A stretch of 64,000 nt of DNA, from NCBI GenBank assembly GCA_044344255.1, contig JBIJDH010000011.1, positions 179,491 through 243,490 of the forward strand, read 5' to 3'. Both the position numbers and the translations under genes were made by a program. Origin of the DNA: Myxococcota bacterium. GTDB lineage: Bacteria > Myxococcota_A > UBA796 > UBA2385. A model generated the notes under the pieces. It searched no databases, was not told the origin of the DNA, and saw nothing but the letters and a program-made list of their open reading frames with translations. Of this stretch, positions 27,428 to 40,101 are shown piece after piece. How positions within the stretch are numbered: position 1 is the stretch's first letter; the number at the start of each line of letters is the position of its first letter.

Positions 27428-28374
27428 GCGCGGGACTCCGCCAGCTCCTGGCGGGCCAGGGCGGCTGCAAGCTGCCGGACCACCTGCGCAGGGCCGCCTT
27501 CGAAGCCGCCGAGCGAGCCGAGCCGGGGGAAGGAGACCACCTCGGCGCCTTGGATCTCCAGCTTGAGCCGAGACAGGGCCTCGGCGGTGGAGGCCTCGAG
27601 CCCCGCCTCCCAGCGGCCGGCCTGGAGCAGCTCCCGAGCCAGCGGACGATCGGCGGGGGTCGCGGCCTCGAGGCGCTCCAACAGCTCCCGCTCCGACTCC
27701 GTCAGGGTGGGGATGGCGGCGCGGTTGAGCACCACGAGGGGGGTGCGGAGCTCCGGGACCTCGACGTGCAGCTTCTCCCAGAGCTCGACCATCTCGTTGA
27801 CCACCATCTCTTCGGGGAGACCGACGATGAGCAGGGCGGTGCGGTCACTGCCGAAGAGGGAGAGCACGGCGCGGCTGCGCTGGCCGACCGGCCCCGAGCC
27901 CATCAGGTTCACCGCCACGTGGGGGACGCGGAGGATGCTGACGGCATGACCGCTGGCCGGCATGTCGACGATGACCTGGTCGTACTGCTCGGTGAGGGTC
28001 AGGATGCGCGAGAGCACCATCGTCTCGCGGGCGCCGGGCGTGGCGTCGAGGAAGGTCTGCACCGTCTTGTTCCCGAGGATCATGCGCACGATGCGCTGAG
28101 CGGGGACGGTGGACTCCAGCCACTCGATCAGGGCCTCCTTCCAGGTCACGTTGCAGATGTCGAGGTTCGGCGCCACCGTGATCGGCTGGTAGCCGGGGGT
28201 GCGGCCGAAGGGCCCGGTGAGGGCGGACTGGAAGTTGTCCACCTCCACCACGATCACGCGCCGGCCCCGCTCGGCCTGGAGCCGCCCGATGGCGGCCGCC
28301 AGGGTCGTCTTTCCAGTGCCCCCCTTGCCCGTGATGAGCAGGAGTTTCCGGCCAAAGAGGTCGTGCAAGCTCAC
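27424..28374 (-). CDS. ArsA-related P-loop ATPase (partner subunit)
   Basis: GKGGTGKTT, DATPGARE, VDMPASGH, LPEEMVVNE. Confidence 0.85.
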   Translation of the reverse strand: MSLHDLFGRKLLLITGKGGTGKTTLAAAIGRLQAERGRRVIVVEVDNFQSALTGPFGRTPGYQPITVAPNLDICNVTWKEALIEWLESTVPAQRIVRMILGNKTVQTFLDATPGARETMVLSRILTLTEQYDQVIVDMPASGHAVSILRVPHVAVNLMGSGPVGQRSRAVLSLFGSDRTALLIVGLPEEMVVNEMVELWEKLHVEVPELRTPLVVLNRAAIPTLTESERELLERLEAATPADRPLARELLQAGRWEAGLEASTAEALSRLKLEIQGAEVVSFPRLGSLGGFEGGPAQVVRQLAAALARQELAESRA

Positions 28375-28421
28375 GGGTGACCGGGGGAAAAGGGGGGGAG
28401 GGCGGCGAGCGAAGGCGGGCG

Positions 28422-31100
<2,679 letters not shown>

Positions 31101-32213
31101 TTAGCCTGTCCGCACGCTCCCTTCCACCACCTGCCAGCGCGTGGTCTCGCCGGTGGGCAGCGGGCCGAGCCAGCCCGGCTCGGTGGTGGTGATCCAGACC
31201 TGGTTGTCGAAGGAGCCGAGCAGCTCGACGAGGCGCGCCATCCGACCCCGGTCGAGCTCGCTCGTGAGGTCGTCGAGGAGGAAGAGCGGGGGCTCATCTC
31301 CGCGGTCGGCGGCCGCTCGGATCTCGGCCAGCTTGAGCGCGAGGACGAGGCTCCGCACCTGGCCCTGGGAGGCGAAGCTGCGGGCCAGCCGCCCCTCGAC
31401 GCGGATGTCGAGGTCATCCTTGTGGGGGCCGACGAGGGCGAGGCCCCGCCGGCGCTCCTCCCCGCCGGCGCTGGCGAGGGCGCGCTCGAGGTGGAGCGGG
31501 AGGCGGTCGGGGTCCTCCACGCCCACCCCGCGGAGGACGAGCTCGACCGGCGCCCGCCCGCCGCCGATGGCGCGGTGGAGCTCGACGACGTGGGCCCGCA
31601 GCTCCTCGACCACCCGCAGGCGCCGCAGCGTGAGGCGGGCGCCGAGCTCGACCAGCCGCTGGTTCCAGGTGGCGAGCTCGATGGGATCGACCCGCCCGCC
31701 CCGCAGCAGCGCCCCCTTCTGAGAGAGCACCCGCTGGTAGTCCCGGACGAGCTCGAGGTGGCTGGGATCGGCCGTGAAGGCGGCCCGGTCGAGGAAGCTC
31801 CGCCGCTCGGCGGGCTCACCGCGGATGATCCGCGCGTGGTCCGGCGAGAAGATGACCGCGCGCAGGACAGCGAACCAGTCGCGCAGCCGGCGGACCGGGG
31901 CCTGGTCGAGCGACAAGGAGCGCTTCTCCCCCTTGCGGCGCCACTCGAGCTGGCGGGTGCCGCCCATGCCGCGCACCTCCGCGCGTAGGACAGCCTCACC
32001 CGGCTGGCGACCGACGCCGGAGCCCTGGCGGATGAGGCGGGCCGTCCGCGCCTCCCGGAAGCTGCGGAGCGTGGCCAGCATGCCCACGGCCTCGAGGAGG
32101 TTGGTCTTGCCCTGGGCGTTGTCGCCGTGCAGCACGACAAAGCGGGTGAAGGCCTCCAGGCGGGCCTGACGCAGGTTTCGCCAGTCCACGGCCTCCAGCG
32201 TGACGAGCCGCAC
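31101..32213 (-). CDS. recF: DNA replication/repair protein RecF
   Basis: WRNL, GDNAQGKTNLLEA, GPHKDDL, ASQGQ, LLDDLTSELD; located between dnaN and gyrB. Confidence 0.95.
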   Translation of the reverse strand: MRLVTLEAVDWRNLRQARLEAFTRFVVLHGDNAQGKTNLLEAVGMLATLRSFREARTARLIRQGSGVGRQPGEAVLRAEVRGMGGTRQLEWRRKGEKRSLSLDQAPVRRLRDWFAVLRAVIFSPDHARIIRGEPAERRSFLDRAAFTADPSHLELVRDYQRVLSQKGALLRGGRVDPIELATWNQRLVELGARLTLRRLRVVEELRAHVVELHRAIGGGRAPVELVLRGVGVEDPDRLPLHLERALASAGGEERRRGLALVGPHKDDLDIRVEGRLARSFASQGQVRSLVLALKLAEIRAAADRGDEPPLFLLDDLTSELDRGRMARLVELLGSFDNQVWITTTEPGWLGPLPTGETTRWQVVEGSVRTG

Positions 32214-32233
32214 GCTCGAACCCCCTCCGGCGC

Positions 32234-33349
32234 TCAGTCCAGGCGCATCGGCATGACGACGAAGAGGCAGTCATCGCGGCCCGGCAGGCGGACGATGCAG
32301 GGGTCCAAGGTGTCGCCGAGGTCGAGCGAGATGCGGTCGCCGCGGGTGTTTGAGAGGATGTCCTGGAAATACTTGACGTTGAAGCCCGTGAGCAGGGGAG
32401 TGCCCTGCACATCGGCCTCGACCTCGGCCCGCACGTCCCCGGCCTCGACGTTGGCGGCGGAGAGCACGACACGGTCGCTCTCGAAGGAGAAGCGCACGAG
32501 GTGGTTGCGGTCGGACGCCATGATCACCACGTTGCGCAGCGCCTTGTCGAAGGCGTCGCGGTTCATCTCCACGTGGCGCTTGAAGCTCTGGGGCAGGACC
32601 TGGCGGTAGTCGGGGAATTCCCCCTCGACGAGGCGCACGATGAGCGTGAGGCCCGGCGTGCTCACCACCGCGGAGCGATCGCCGAAGGCGACGGTCCAGA
32701 GGGAGTCATCGGCCTCCACCATCTTGCGGATCTCGCCCAGCGCCTTCTTCGGGAGCAGCATCTTGCGGCCCATGCCGAACTGCCCCTCGTAGGGGGTCTC
32801 CGAGTAGGAGAGGCGGCTGCCGTCGGTGGTGACGAGGCGCAGCGTGTTGCCGGCCTTGCCTCCGACCTCCTCGAAGTGGGCGCCGTTCAACCCGTAGCGG
32901 TTCTCGTCGCCGCTCACGGAGAACAGGGTCTCCTCGATGATCCGACGGAGGCCCCGACCTTGGATCTGGAGCTTCGCCTTATCGTTTTGCGTAGGCAGCG
33001 GCGGGAACTCGTCGGGAGAGCCGGCGAGGATGTTGAACTCGGCCGTGCCCGACCGCACCGAGAGGCGGTTGCCGCTGTTGGTGCGGAGGTGCACCACCTC
33101 GCCGTTCAGGGCCTTTGAGACCTGGAAGAGCGTGGCGGCGTCGACGGACAGCTCACCCGGCCCCGCGACCTGGGCGGGGTAGTCGGCGACGAGGGTGAGC
33201 AGCGTGTCGGTGGCGGTGAGCCGCAGCCGCTCGCCAGAGGCCTCGAGCAGCACATGGGCGAGGGCGGGGTTGGTGGTCCGGCGCTCGATGATGCCTTGAA
33301 CCCGCTGCAGCCCGCGCGTGAGCTCTTCCCGACCGATCGTCACATCCAT
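32234..33349 (-). CDS. dnaN: DNA polymerase III subunit beta (sliding clamp)
   Basis: LTATD, FPPLP, RYGLNG, VTTDGSRL, LVEGEFPDYRQV, GFNVKY, VVMPMRL; ATG 33349. Confidence 0.96.
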   Translation of the reverse strand: MDVTIGREELTRGLQRVQGIIERRTTNPALAHVLLEASGERLRLTATDTLLTLVADYPAQVAGPGELSVDAATLFQVSKALNGEVVHLRTNSGNRLSVRSGTAEFNILAGSPDEFPPLPTQNDKAKLQIQGRGLRRIIEETLFSVSGDENRYGLNGAHFEEVGGKAGNTLRLVTTDGSRLSYSETPYEGQFGMGRKMLLPKKALGEIRKMVEADDSLWTVAFGDRSAVVSTPGLTLIVRLVEGEFPDYRQVLPQSFKRHVEMNRDAFDKALRNVVIMASDRNHLVRFSFESDRVVLSAANVEAGDVRAEVEADVQGTPLLTGFNVKYFQDILSNTRGDRISLDLGDTLDPCIVRLPGRDDCLFVVMPMRLD

Positions 33350-33554
33350 GGGGCCTCTCCCTGCCTTCTCGAAAGCCAGACCAAGGGGAGCCGGCTCCGA
33401 GGAAGCCAAGCCACGGTCTGATTGGGGCGCCCCGTATCCAACCGCGCCGCTCGGCGGGAGGACAAGGTCACGCTTCGCTCGCGCTCCCTCCGAAGCCCAC
33501 CCGCAGGACCGACGGACCCCGACCTCGCTCGCACTCGCGCAGACACCTCGACGA

Positions 33555-33826
33555 GCACGAAGAAAAAATTCAGGGTCAGTTTAGATCCGTCGATCGATCC
33601 ATAGGGGGCTGTTGACGGTGTGGACAACTCGGCGCAGGTTGGTTGAAGGCCAACTTTTTCTTGTGTTCCTTGTGGAACGCGCTGTGCGGGGAGGGCTGGT
33701 GACCGCCGTCTTCCTGGGGAAGACCCGGGGCTGAGACCTGCGACGCCGAGATGTTCACCGGTGGTCCACAGCCGCCTGCACAGCCATCCGTGGTTTGTGC
33801 ACAGCTTTGTCAACAGGTATGGATCA
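33555..33826. promoter_or_regulatory. candidate replication origin (oriC): DnaA-box cluster plus AT/GATC-rich segment
   Basis: TTGTCCACA (minus strand, 33619-33627) beside CCGTCAACA; TGGTCCACA 33762-33770, TTGTGCACA 33795-33803, TTGTCAACA 33807-33815; A-tract and repeated GATC at 33560-33603; directly upstream of dnaN. Confidence 0.65.
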
Positions 33827-34552
33827 CTTCTGCTTGTCAGCCTCAGCCTTGGCTTTTGCGGCCTTGGCCTCCGCGGCTGCCTTGGAGCCAGGCGTCACGG
33901 AGATCCCGAATTCCCATCGTGCAAAGCCGCCATCTCCGTCATCGGCCACCACCTTCACCCGATAGTCGCCGCCCTTCTCATCCTCCGAGCCCTTGTAGTG
34001 GAGGATCCCTTGTTTGGGATCGACCGTCATCCCGCCAGGGGCCCCTTCGAGGCGGAAGGTGATCACGTCGTGATCGGGATCCTCAGCCTCAAGGCGCAGT
34101 CCGTCGATCGCGGCGGCGGCGCGGCTTGGGTCCGTGGTGAAACGGGGGGCGGAGTTCTCGAGGAGGAAGGGCTCGCTCTCCCTCTCCGTCGTGCCCTCCG
34201 CGTCGCTGGCCTTGACCAGGACGGCGATCTTGTCGCCCTTCTCGAAGTCTGAGCCGCGCACGCGGTCGTCGGTGCGGTTCAACAGGCGCTCGCCGTTGCG
34301 GATCCAGACATAGTCGAGGTCGACCACGTCCTGGTCGGGATCGGAGGCCTTGGCGATCACCTCGATGTCGTCCTTCACCGTGGGGCGCGCGGGCTTGAAG
34401 GTGATGCTGTTGACCTGGGGCGGCTTGTTGGTAGGCCCCCGGACCACCGCGACGGGCTCTGGCTCAGCCTCAACGGCGGGTGGTGGGGGCGGCGGGGAGA
34501 CCGGCACGGGATCGGAGCCGCAGGCGAGCAGGCTGAGGAGCGCGAGGAGCAT
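33824..34552 (-). CDS. lipoprotein with two Ig/cadherin-like domains
   Basis: Lipobox LLAC, NKPPQV...ASDPDQD, NSAPRFTT...AEDPDHD...PGGMTVDP. Confidence 0.75.
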   Translation of the reverse strand: MLLALLSLLACGSDPVPVSPPPPPPAVEAEPEPVAVVRGPTNKPPQVNSITFKPARPTVKDDIEVIAKASDPDQDVVDLDYVWIRNGERLLNRTDDRVRGSDFEKGDKIAVLVKASDAEGTTERESEPFLLENSAPRFTTDPSRAAAAIDGLRLEAEDPDHDVITFRLEGAPGGMTVDPKQGILHYKGSEDEKGGDYRVKVVADDGDGGFARWEFGISVTPGSKAAAEAKAAKAKAEADKQK

Positions 34553-34776
34553 GGGGGCCTCGGTGGTAGGCGAACGCTGGGGGGGGGCGTGATGGGGGGC
34601 ACGACGCCGGGGGGGCGCGACGTCGGGGGCGGCACGGTCTGGCGATGGCGTCGAAATTACCTGAGGCGATCGTCCCGTGGGGCGCCCGGGCCGCGCTCGG
34701 CGAACGACCCCAGACCGGGGTATCGGGCCGCGTCCCCCCCTGTGTTGGCCCCTCTCGCTCCGGTCGAGGCGATCCC

Positions 34777-35679
34777 GTGCGAATCTCCCTCGAAGAGGCC
34801 GTGGTCCGGCTGTCTCGCGCTGAGCTCGTCGCCTTCCCCACCGAGACGGTCTACGGCCTCGGCGCCGACGCTGCGGACCCCATCGCCCTGAGGCGGGTCT
34901 TCGCGACCAAGGGCCGTCCGGTCGATCACCCGCTCATCGTGCACGTCAACAGCCTGGAGGCCGCCGAGCGCCTCGGCGTCTTTGATGCGCGGGCCCGCGT
35001 GCTCGCGCGGCGCTTCTGGCCGGGGCCCCTCACGCTCGTCCTGCCGCGGCGCTCCGGGGTGCCCGACGAGGTGACCGGGGGCCTCGACACCGTCGGCCTC
35101 CGCATCCCGGCGCACCCGCTGGCCCTCGGCCTCCTCGCCGCCTTCCCCAGCGGCCTCGCCGCTCCCTCGGCCAACCGCTTCGGCCGGACGAGCCCCACCA
35201 CCGCGACGCACGTCGAGGAGGAGCTCGGCCTGGGCTTCCCGATCCTGGACGGCGGCCCCTGCGCGGTCGGCGTGGAGAGCACTATCGTCGAGCTGCCTGC
35301 GGACGGGGCCGCCCCCGCCCTGCTGCGCCCGGGCGGCCTGCCCACGGAGGTGATCGTCACGCTGATTGGCCCCCTCGGGCGCTCGGTGACCCGCGCTCCA
35401 GGGACGCTGACCGCCCATTATGCCCCTCGAACCTCACTCCTCATCGCGGAAGACCCCGAAGCCCGGGCGGCGGAGCTCCGCGATCGGGGGCTCCGGGTGG
35501 CGCTGCTGCCCGCGGGGGAGCCCGCGGAGCACGCCCGGCGGCTCTTCGCGGAGCTGCGGGCCCTCGATCAGCTCGGCGTGGACGTCCTGGTCGCGGGGCT
35601 CGCGGTGGAGGCGGGGCTCGGGGTGGCGGTCAATGATCGTCTGCGTCGCGCCGCCGCGGGGAGCCCCCTTCGCGGCTGA
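34777..35679 (+). CDS. tsaC: L-threonylcarbamoyladenylate synthase (Sua5/TsaC)
   Basis: VAFPTETVYGLGADA, KGRP..PLIVH, FWPGPLT, APSANRFG, GVESTIV, C-terminal SUA5 domain; GTG 34777 chosen as start. Confidence 0.92.
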   Translation: MRISLEEAVVRLSRAELVAFPTETVYGLGADAADPIALRRVFATKGRPVDHPLIVHVNSLEAAERLGVFDARARVLARRFWPGPLTLVLPRRSGVPDEVTGGLDTVGLRIPAHPLALGLLAAFPSGLAAPSANRFGRTSPTTATHVEEELGLGFPILDGGPCAVGVESTIVELPADGAAPALLRPGGLPTEVIVTLIGPLGRSVTRAPGTLTAHYAPRTSLLIAEDPEARAAELRDRGLRVALLPAGEPAEHARRLFAELRALDQLGVDVLVAGLAVEAGLGVAVNDRLRRAAAGSPLRG

Positions 35680-35867
35680 GTGGCCAAGGGTACGGAGCTT
35701 GTTCCGTGTTCCTTCGGCGGAGATCTGCGAATTGTCAGCCCCTGGTCGGCGCTGTGGGTCGTGCGCCGCGTACCTCGCTGGACTTCCAGATGATGATTCG
35801 GTTAGGGCCCGCACGTCTCGCGATCTTCGCGATCCAACCCTGCGGAAGATCCCCGGAGTCGGTCGTC

Positions 35868-36287
35868 ATGCGTATGCTCATCAGCTCACTTGTGCTCCTC
35901 GCTGCCGTCGCTTGCGGCGGCTCCACCCCAGAGAAGCCGGCCGCTCCCGCTGCCCCCGCTGCCCCCGCCGCCCCTGTGGCCCCGGTCGCGACGGCCCCCG
36001 CCGCTCCGGCTGCCCCCGCCGCCGGCCCGGCCGACGGCGAGACCATCTACAAGACCTACTGCCTCCCCTGCCACGGCGCCGACGGCAAGGGCAACAACGG
36101 CCTCGCCGCCAACTACGTGGACGACAAGACCCGCCTCGCCCAGCCCGATGAGGTGCTGATCGCCAGCATCAAGAACGGCAAGACGGGCACGGTGGGCACC
36201 ATGCCCCCCTGGGGCGGCACGCTCAGCGACGCGCAGATTACGGCGGTGCTCGGCTACGTCCGCACCTCCTTCGGCGCGCCCAAGTAG
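35868..36287 (+). CDS. class I cytochrome c lipoprotein
   Basis: Lipobox AVAC, Pro/Ala linker, CLPCH haem motif, distal GTMPPW. Confidence 0.9.
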   Translation: MRMLISSLVLLAAVACGGSTPEKPAAPAAPAAPAAPVAPVATAPAAPAAPAAGPADGETIYKTYCLPCHGADGKGNNGLAANYVDDKTRLAQPDEVLIASIKNGKTGTVGTMPPWGGTLSDAQITAVLGYVRTSFGAPK

Positions 36288-36322
36288 TCGGACAGCGTAG
36301 TCGGACAGCGTAGTCGGACAGC
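36284..36322. repeat. 13-bp perfect tandem repeat x3 spanning the stop codon
   Basis: gtagtcggacagc x3; TAG 36285-36287 in the first unit. Confidence 0.9.
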
Positions 36323-36363
36323 GGGTCGATCGGCTCGACGTTCGACGGCCCTCCGTGGTCCCG

Positions 36364-36410
36364 GAAGCGCCCCAACCCGAAGCCCGGGTGCGGGGCGCTT
36401 CTTGGTTTCT
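36364..36410 (+). terminator. putative intrinsic terminator after cytochrome c
   Basis: GAAGCGCCCC...GGGGCGCTTC stem with inner ACCCG/CGGGT pairing, followed by TTGGTTTCT. Confidence 0.6.
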
Positions 36411-36454
36411 GGGGACGGGGCCCACCACCTGCACAACACGGTAGACTGCCGACC

Positions 36455-38752
36455 ATGTTGACCGATACCCGCCGCGGCCAGGCCGCCCCGACCCCGTCTG
36501 CTCCCTCCCCCTTGCCCGTCGTGGGGACATCGCTCCCCCGCGTGGACGGTCCGTCCAAGGTGACGGGGAGGGCCCGTTATGTGGACGACTTCGCCCCCGA
36601 GGGCTGCCTCTACGGCGCCACCCTCCGCAGCACCCGGGCCCACGCGCGCATCCTCGCGGTGGAGCCCGATCCGGCCTTTGATTGGACCGGGATCACGATC
36701 TGCACGGCGAAGGACATCCCGGGCGAGAACCTCGTCTACCTGATGACCGAAGACCAGCCTGTGCTCTGTGACGGCCTCACGCGGCACGTCGCGGAGGCGG
36801 TGGCCCTCGTCGCGGCCCCCACCCGTGACCGCGCCACCGAGGCGCTGCAGCACCTCCGGGTCACCTACGAAGACCTCCCCGCCCTCCTCGACCCCCTCGT
36901 CGCCGAGGGCCACTCGGTGCGCATCTTCGGCGAGGACAACGTCTTCAAGCGCATCCACATCGACAAGCTCCCCGAGGGTGGGCCCGTGGAGGAGGAGGGG
37001 CTCATCATCGTCGAGGGCACCTACACGGTGGGCCTCCAGGAGCAGCTCTACATCGAGCCGCAGGGCATGCTCGCGCTCCCCCGGGCCGACGGCGGCCTCA
37101 CGCTGCTGGGCTCGATGCAGTGCCCCTTCTACATTGACAAGGCCCTCAAGCGGGTGCTCGGGCACGAGCGCTTCAACGTGGTGCAGGCAGCGACCGGAGG
37201 GGGCTTCGGCGGTAAGGAGGAGTACCCCTCGATGATCGCCGCTCACGCTGCGATCCTCGCCGTGAAGACGGGGCGGCCGGTGAAGCTCGTCTACCGCCGG
37301 GATGAGGACCTCCGCGCCACGACGAAGCGGCACCCGGCGGTCATCCACCTCCGCACCGCCTCGACGCCCGCGGGGGCCACCCGGAAGCTCGAGGCTCGGA
37401 TCGTGGTCGACGGGGGGGCCTACAACACGCTCACCCCGGTGGTGCTGTCCCGGGCCGTCCTGCATGTCACCGGCCCCTACCGCGCCGATGAGGTGCACCT
37501 CGATGGGGTGGCGGTGGCTACGAACACGCCCCCCAACGGGGCCTTCCGTGGTTTTGGTGCGCCGCAGGCGCTCTTCGCCGCTGAGCGCCACATCGACGCC
37601 ATCGCCCGCCGGCTCGGTCGTTCGCCCGTCGAGCTGCGCCGGCAGCTCCTCTACCGAGACGGTGACCGCAGCGCGACCGGTCAGCTCCTCACCGACACGG
37701 GCGCCGCCGCCGTCTTTGAGGAGGCGCTCGCCGCCGCCGAGGCCCCCCTCCTCCCCTCTCCGCCCGATCCGGGTGGCGCGGGGCGCCGCCTCGCGCGCGG
37801 CCGCGGCGTCTCGCTCGTCTTCCACGGCTGCGGCTTCACGGGCAACGGCGAGGCCTGGTTGAAGGGCAAGGCTGGCCTCGCCCTCGAAGGAGACCGCGTC
37901 CGGGTGCTGAGCTCCTCGACCGACATTGGACAGGGGGCTGAGACCACCTTCGTGCAGATCGCCGCTGACGAGCTCGGCCTCGCCGCCGACCGCTTCGACA
38001 TGTCGCCCCACGACACCGCCCTCGTCCCCGACTCTGGGCCCACCGTGGCTTCCCGCACCTGCATGGTGGTGGGGCACGTGATCCAGGAGGCCGCTCGAAA
38101 GCTGCGGGCCGCCCTTCAGGCCGAGACGGGCCTCGCCGACGAGCGCGACTTCGACCGCCTCCTCGCCGCGCGGCGCTCCGCCGCCCCGCTGCGGGTCGAG
38201 CACACCTACGAGGACGACGGCTCGATGCGGTGGGACGCCGACCTCTACCAGGGGGACGCCTACCCCACCTTCGGCTGGGCCGCCTGCGTGGTCGACCTCG
38301 ACGTGGACATCGACACTGGCGAGGTGATCTACCGCCGCCTCGTCAGCGCCACCGACGTCGGGCGGGCGATCAACCCCGTCATCGTGACGGGTCAGATCGA
38401 GGGCGGCTCCGTTCAGGGTCTCGGCTACGCGACCTCGGAGGAGGTGGTGCTCGACGATCAGGGCGGGATGCGAAACAACCGATTGACGAACTACATCATC
38501 CCCACCACGATCGACGCGCCGGAGATGATCACCCGCCTCGTCGAGATCCCCTACCGCCGCGGCCCCTTCGGCGCGAAGGGGGTGGGAGAGATCCCGGTCG
38601 ACGGTCCGGCCCCCGCGGTGGCCCAGGCCATCGAGGCCGCGGTGGGCGTGACGCTCGACCGCCTCCCCATGACCCCCGAGCGGGTGCTCGCGGCCCTCTC
38701 CCTGGCCCCCGCCTCCCACCCGGCCGGACCGGCCGCGCAGGTGAAGTCGTGA
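36455..38752 (+). CDS. xanthine dehydrogenase family molybdopterin-binding (large) subunit
   Basis: KVTGRARYVDD, GGGFGGK, AFRGFGAPQ, GQIEGG, AKGVGE. Confidence 0.92.
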   Translation: MLTDTRRGQAAPTPSAPSPLPVVGTSLPRVDGPSKVTGRARYVDDFAPEGCLYGATLRSTRAHARILAVEPDPAFDWTGITICTAKDIPGENLVYLMTEDQPVLCDGLTRHVAEAVALVAAPTRDRATEALQHLRVTYEDLPALLDPLVAEGHSVRIFGEDNVFKRIHIDKLPEGGPVEEEGLIIVEGTYTVGLQEQLYIEPQGMLALPRADGGLTLLGSMQCPFYIDKALKRVLGHERFNVVQAATGGGFGGKEEYPSMIAAHAAILAVKTGRPVKLVYRRDEDLRATTKRHPAVIHLRTASTPAGATRKLEARIVVDGGAYNTLTPVVLSRAVLHVTGPYRADEVHLDGVAVATNTPPNGAFRGFGAPQALFAAERHIDAIARRLGRSPVELRRQLLYRDGDRSATGQLLTDTGAAAVFEEALAAAEAPLLPSPPDPGGAGRRLARGRGVSLVFHGCGFTGNGEAWLKGKAGLALEGDRVRVLSSSTDIGQGAETTFVQIAADELGLAADRFDMSPHDTALVPDSGPTVASRTCMVVGHVIQEAARKLRAALQAETGLADERDFDRLLAARRSAAPLRVEHTYEDDGSMRWDADLYQGDAYPTFGWAACVVDLDVDIDTGEVIYRRLVSATDVGRAINPVIVTGQIEGGSVQGLGYATSEEVVLDDQGGMRNNRLTNYIIPTTIDAPEMITRLVEIPYRRGPFGAKGVGEIPVDGPAPAVAQAIEAAVGVTLDRLPMTPERVLAALSLAPASHPAGPAAQVKS

Positions 38753-39219
38753 AGCTCGATCTGCTGGTGAACGGTGAGGCTCGGACGGTCGAGGCCCCGC
38801 CAATGGCGCGCCTCCTCGACGTCCTCCGGGAGGACCTCCGGCTGACCGGGGCCAAGGAGGGGTGCGGCGAGGGAGAGTGTGGAGCCTGCAGCGTGCTGCT
38901 CGACGGTCGGGTGGTCAATTCCTGCCTCGTCCCCGTCGTCCAGGCGGTGGGCGCCCGGGTGACCACGGTCGAGGGCCTCTCGGAGAGCGATCGGGTCCTG
39001 CACCCCGTCCAGGCGGCCCTGCTCGCCCATGGCGGAGCCCAGTGTGGCATCTGCACGCCCGGCTTCGTGGTAGCCGCGGCTGCCTTGCTCGAGCGCAACC
39101 CCCACCCGACCCGAGAGGAGGTCCGGGTCGGCTTGGCGGGTAACCTCTGCCGCTGCACCGGCTACCAGAAGATCGTAGACGCCGTCGCGGTGGCCCTGTC
39201 CGCAGAGAGCGCCCGATGA
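38749..39219 (+). CDS. xanthine dehydrogenase family (2Fe-2S) small subunit
   Basis: GAKEGCGEGECGAC...SC, QCGICTPG, GNLCRCTGY; GTG 38749 overlaps the upstream stop. Confidence 0.93.
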   Translation: MKLDLLVNGEARTVEAPPMARLLDVLREDLRLTGAKEGCGEGECGACSVLLDGRVVNSCLVPVVQAVGARVTTVEGLSESDRVLHPVQAALLAHGGAQCGICTPGFVVAAAALLERNPHPTREEVRVGLAGNLCRCTGYQKIVDAVAVALSAESAR

Positions 39220-40079
39220 AGACGAGCACCGCACCGGTCTTTCGCGCGGGGAGCCTGCAGGAGGCCCTCTCGCTGCGCTCCACCCACCCCCAGGCCACGG
39301 TGCTGGCGGGCGGCACGGACGTGATGGTGTACATCGAGTCCGACAGCCTGAGCCCGACCGCGATCCTCGACCTCTGGCCCTGTGACGAGCTCCGCGGCGT
39401 CTCGGTCGAGGCGGACGGCGCGGTCGCGATCGGCGCCCTCACCACCTGGACCGACGTCGCCCTCCACCCCTCCCTCCCCGCGGCCCTGCGGGACTGCGCC
39501 CTCACCGTGGGGGCGCTGGCGATCCAGAACCGCGGCACCGTGGGCGGCAACATCGTCAACGCCTCTCCCGCCGGCGACTCGCTGCCCCTCTGGCTCGCGA
39601 TGGAGGCCGTCTTCGAGCTCGGGAGCCTGCGCGGTCGTCGTCTTGTGCCCGCCGCCGCCTTCTTCCGGGGCTACAAGTTGATCGACCTCGCCCCGGATGA
39701 GCTCCTCCTCCGCGTCCACATCCCCGTCGGCGCAGGTGCGGGGCTGACCTACCGCAAGGTGGGCACCCGCCTCGCCCAGGCCATCTCCAAGGTGGTGCTC
39801 GGCGGTCGGATCGTGCTCGCGGGCGGCGTGGTGGTGCGAGCCCGCGTGGCCCTCGGCTCGGTGGGGCCGGTGCCGCTGCGCTGCCGCTCGGTCGAGACCG
39901 CGCTGCTCGGCCGGGCCATCGACCCCGGGGCCGCCGACTTCGTGCTCGACGACATCCGCCCGATCGACGACGTGCGCAGCACCGCGGACTATCGAGCCCG
40001 CGTGTCCCGCAACATCGTGCACGCCTGGCTGACCTCCCTCGCGGGAGACCTTGCCAGCGACCCCGGCGGGGCTAGATAA
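39216..40079 (+). CDS. xanthine dehydrogenase family FAD-binding subunit
   Basis: LAGGTD, IQNRGTVGGNIVNASPAGD, PIDDVRSTADYR. Confidence 0.92.
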   Translation: MKTSTAPVFRAGSLQEALSLRSTHPQATVLAGGTDVMVYIESDSLSPTAILDLWPCDELRGVSVEADGAVAIGALTTWTDVALHPSLPAALRDCALTVGALAIQNRGTVGGNIVNASPAGDSLPLWLAMEAVFELGSLRGRRLVPAAAFFRGYKLIDLAPDELLLRVHIPVGAGAGLTYRKVGTRLAQAISKVVLGGRIVLAGGVVVRARVALGSVGPVPLRCRSVETALLGRAIDPGAADFVLDDIRPIDDVRSTADYRARVSRNIVHAWLTSLAGDLASDPGGAR

Positions 40080-40101
40080 GCCTCCCTACCTGGAGGTCTG
40101 T

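Noticed and set aside
36254..38803. 849-aa minus-strand ORF
   Set aside because: Antisense shadow of the xanthine dehydrogenase large subunit
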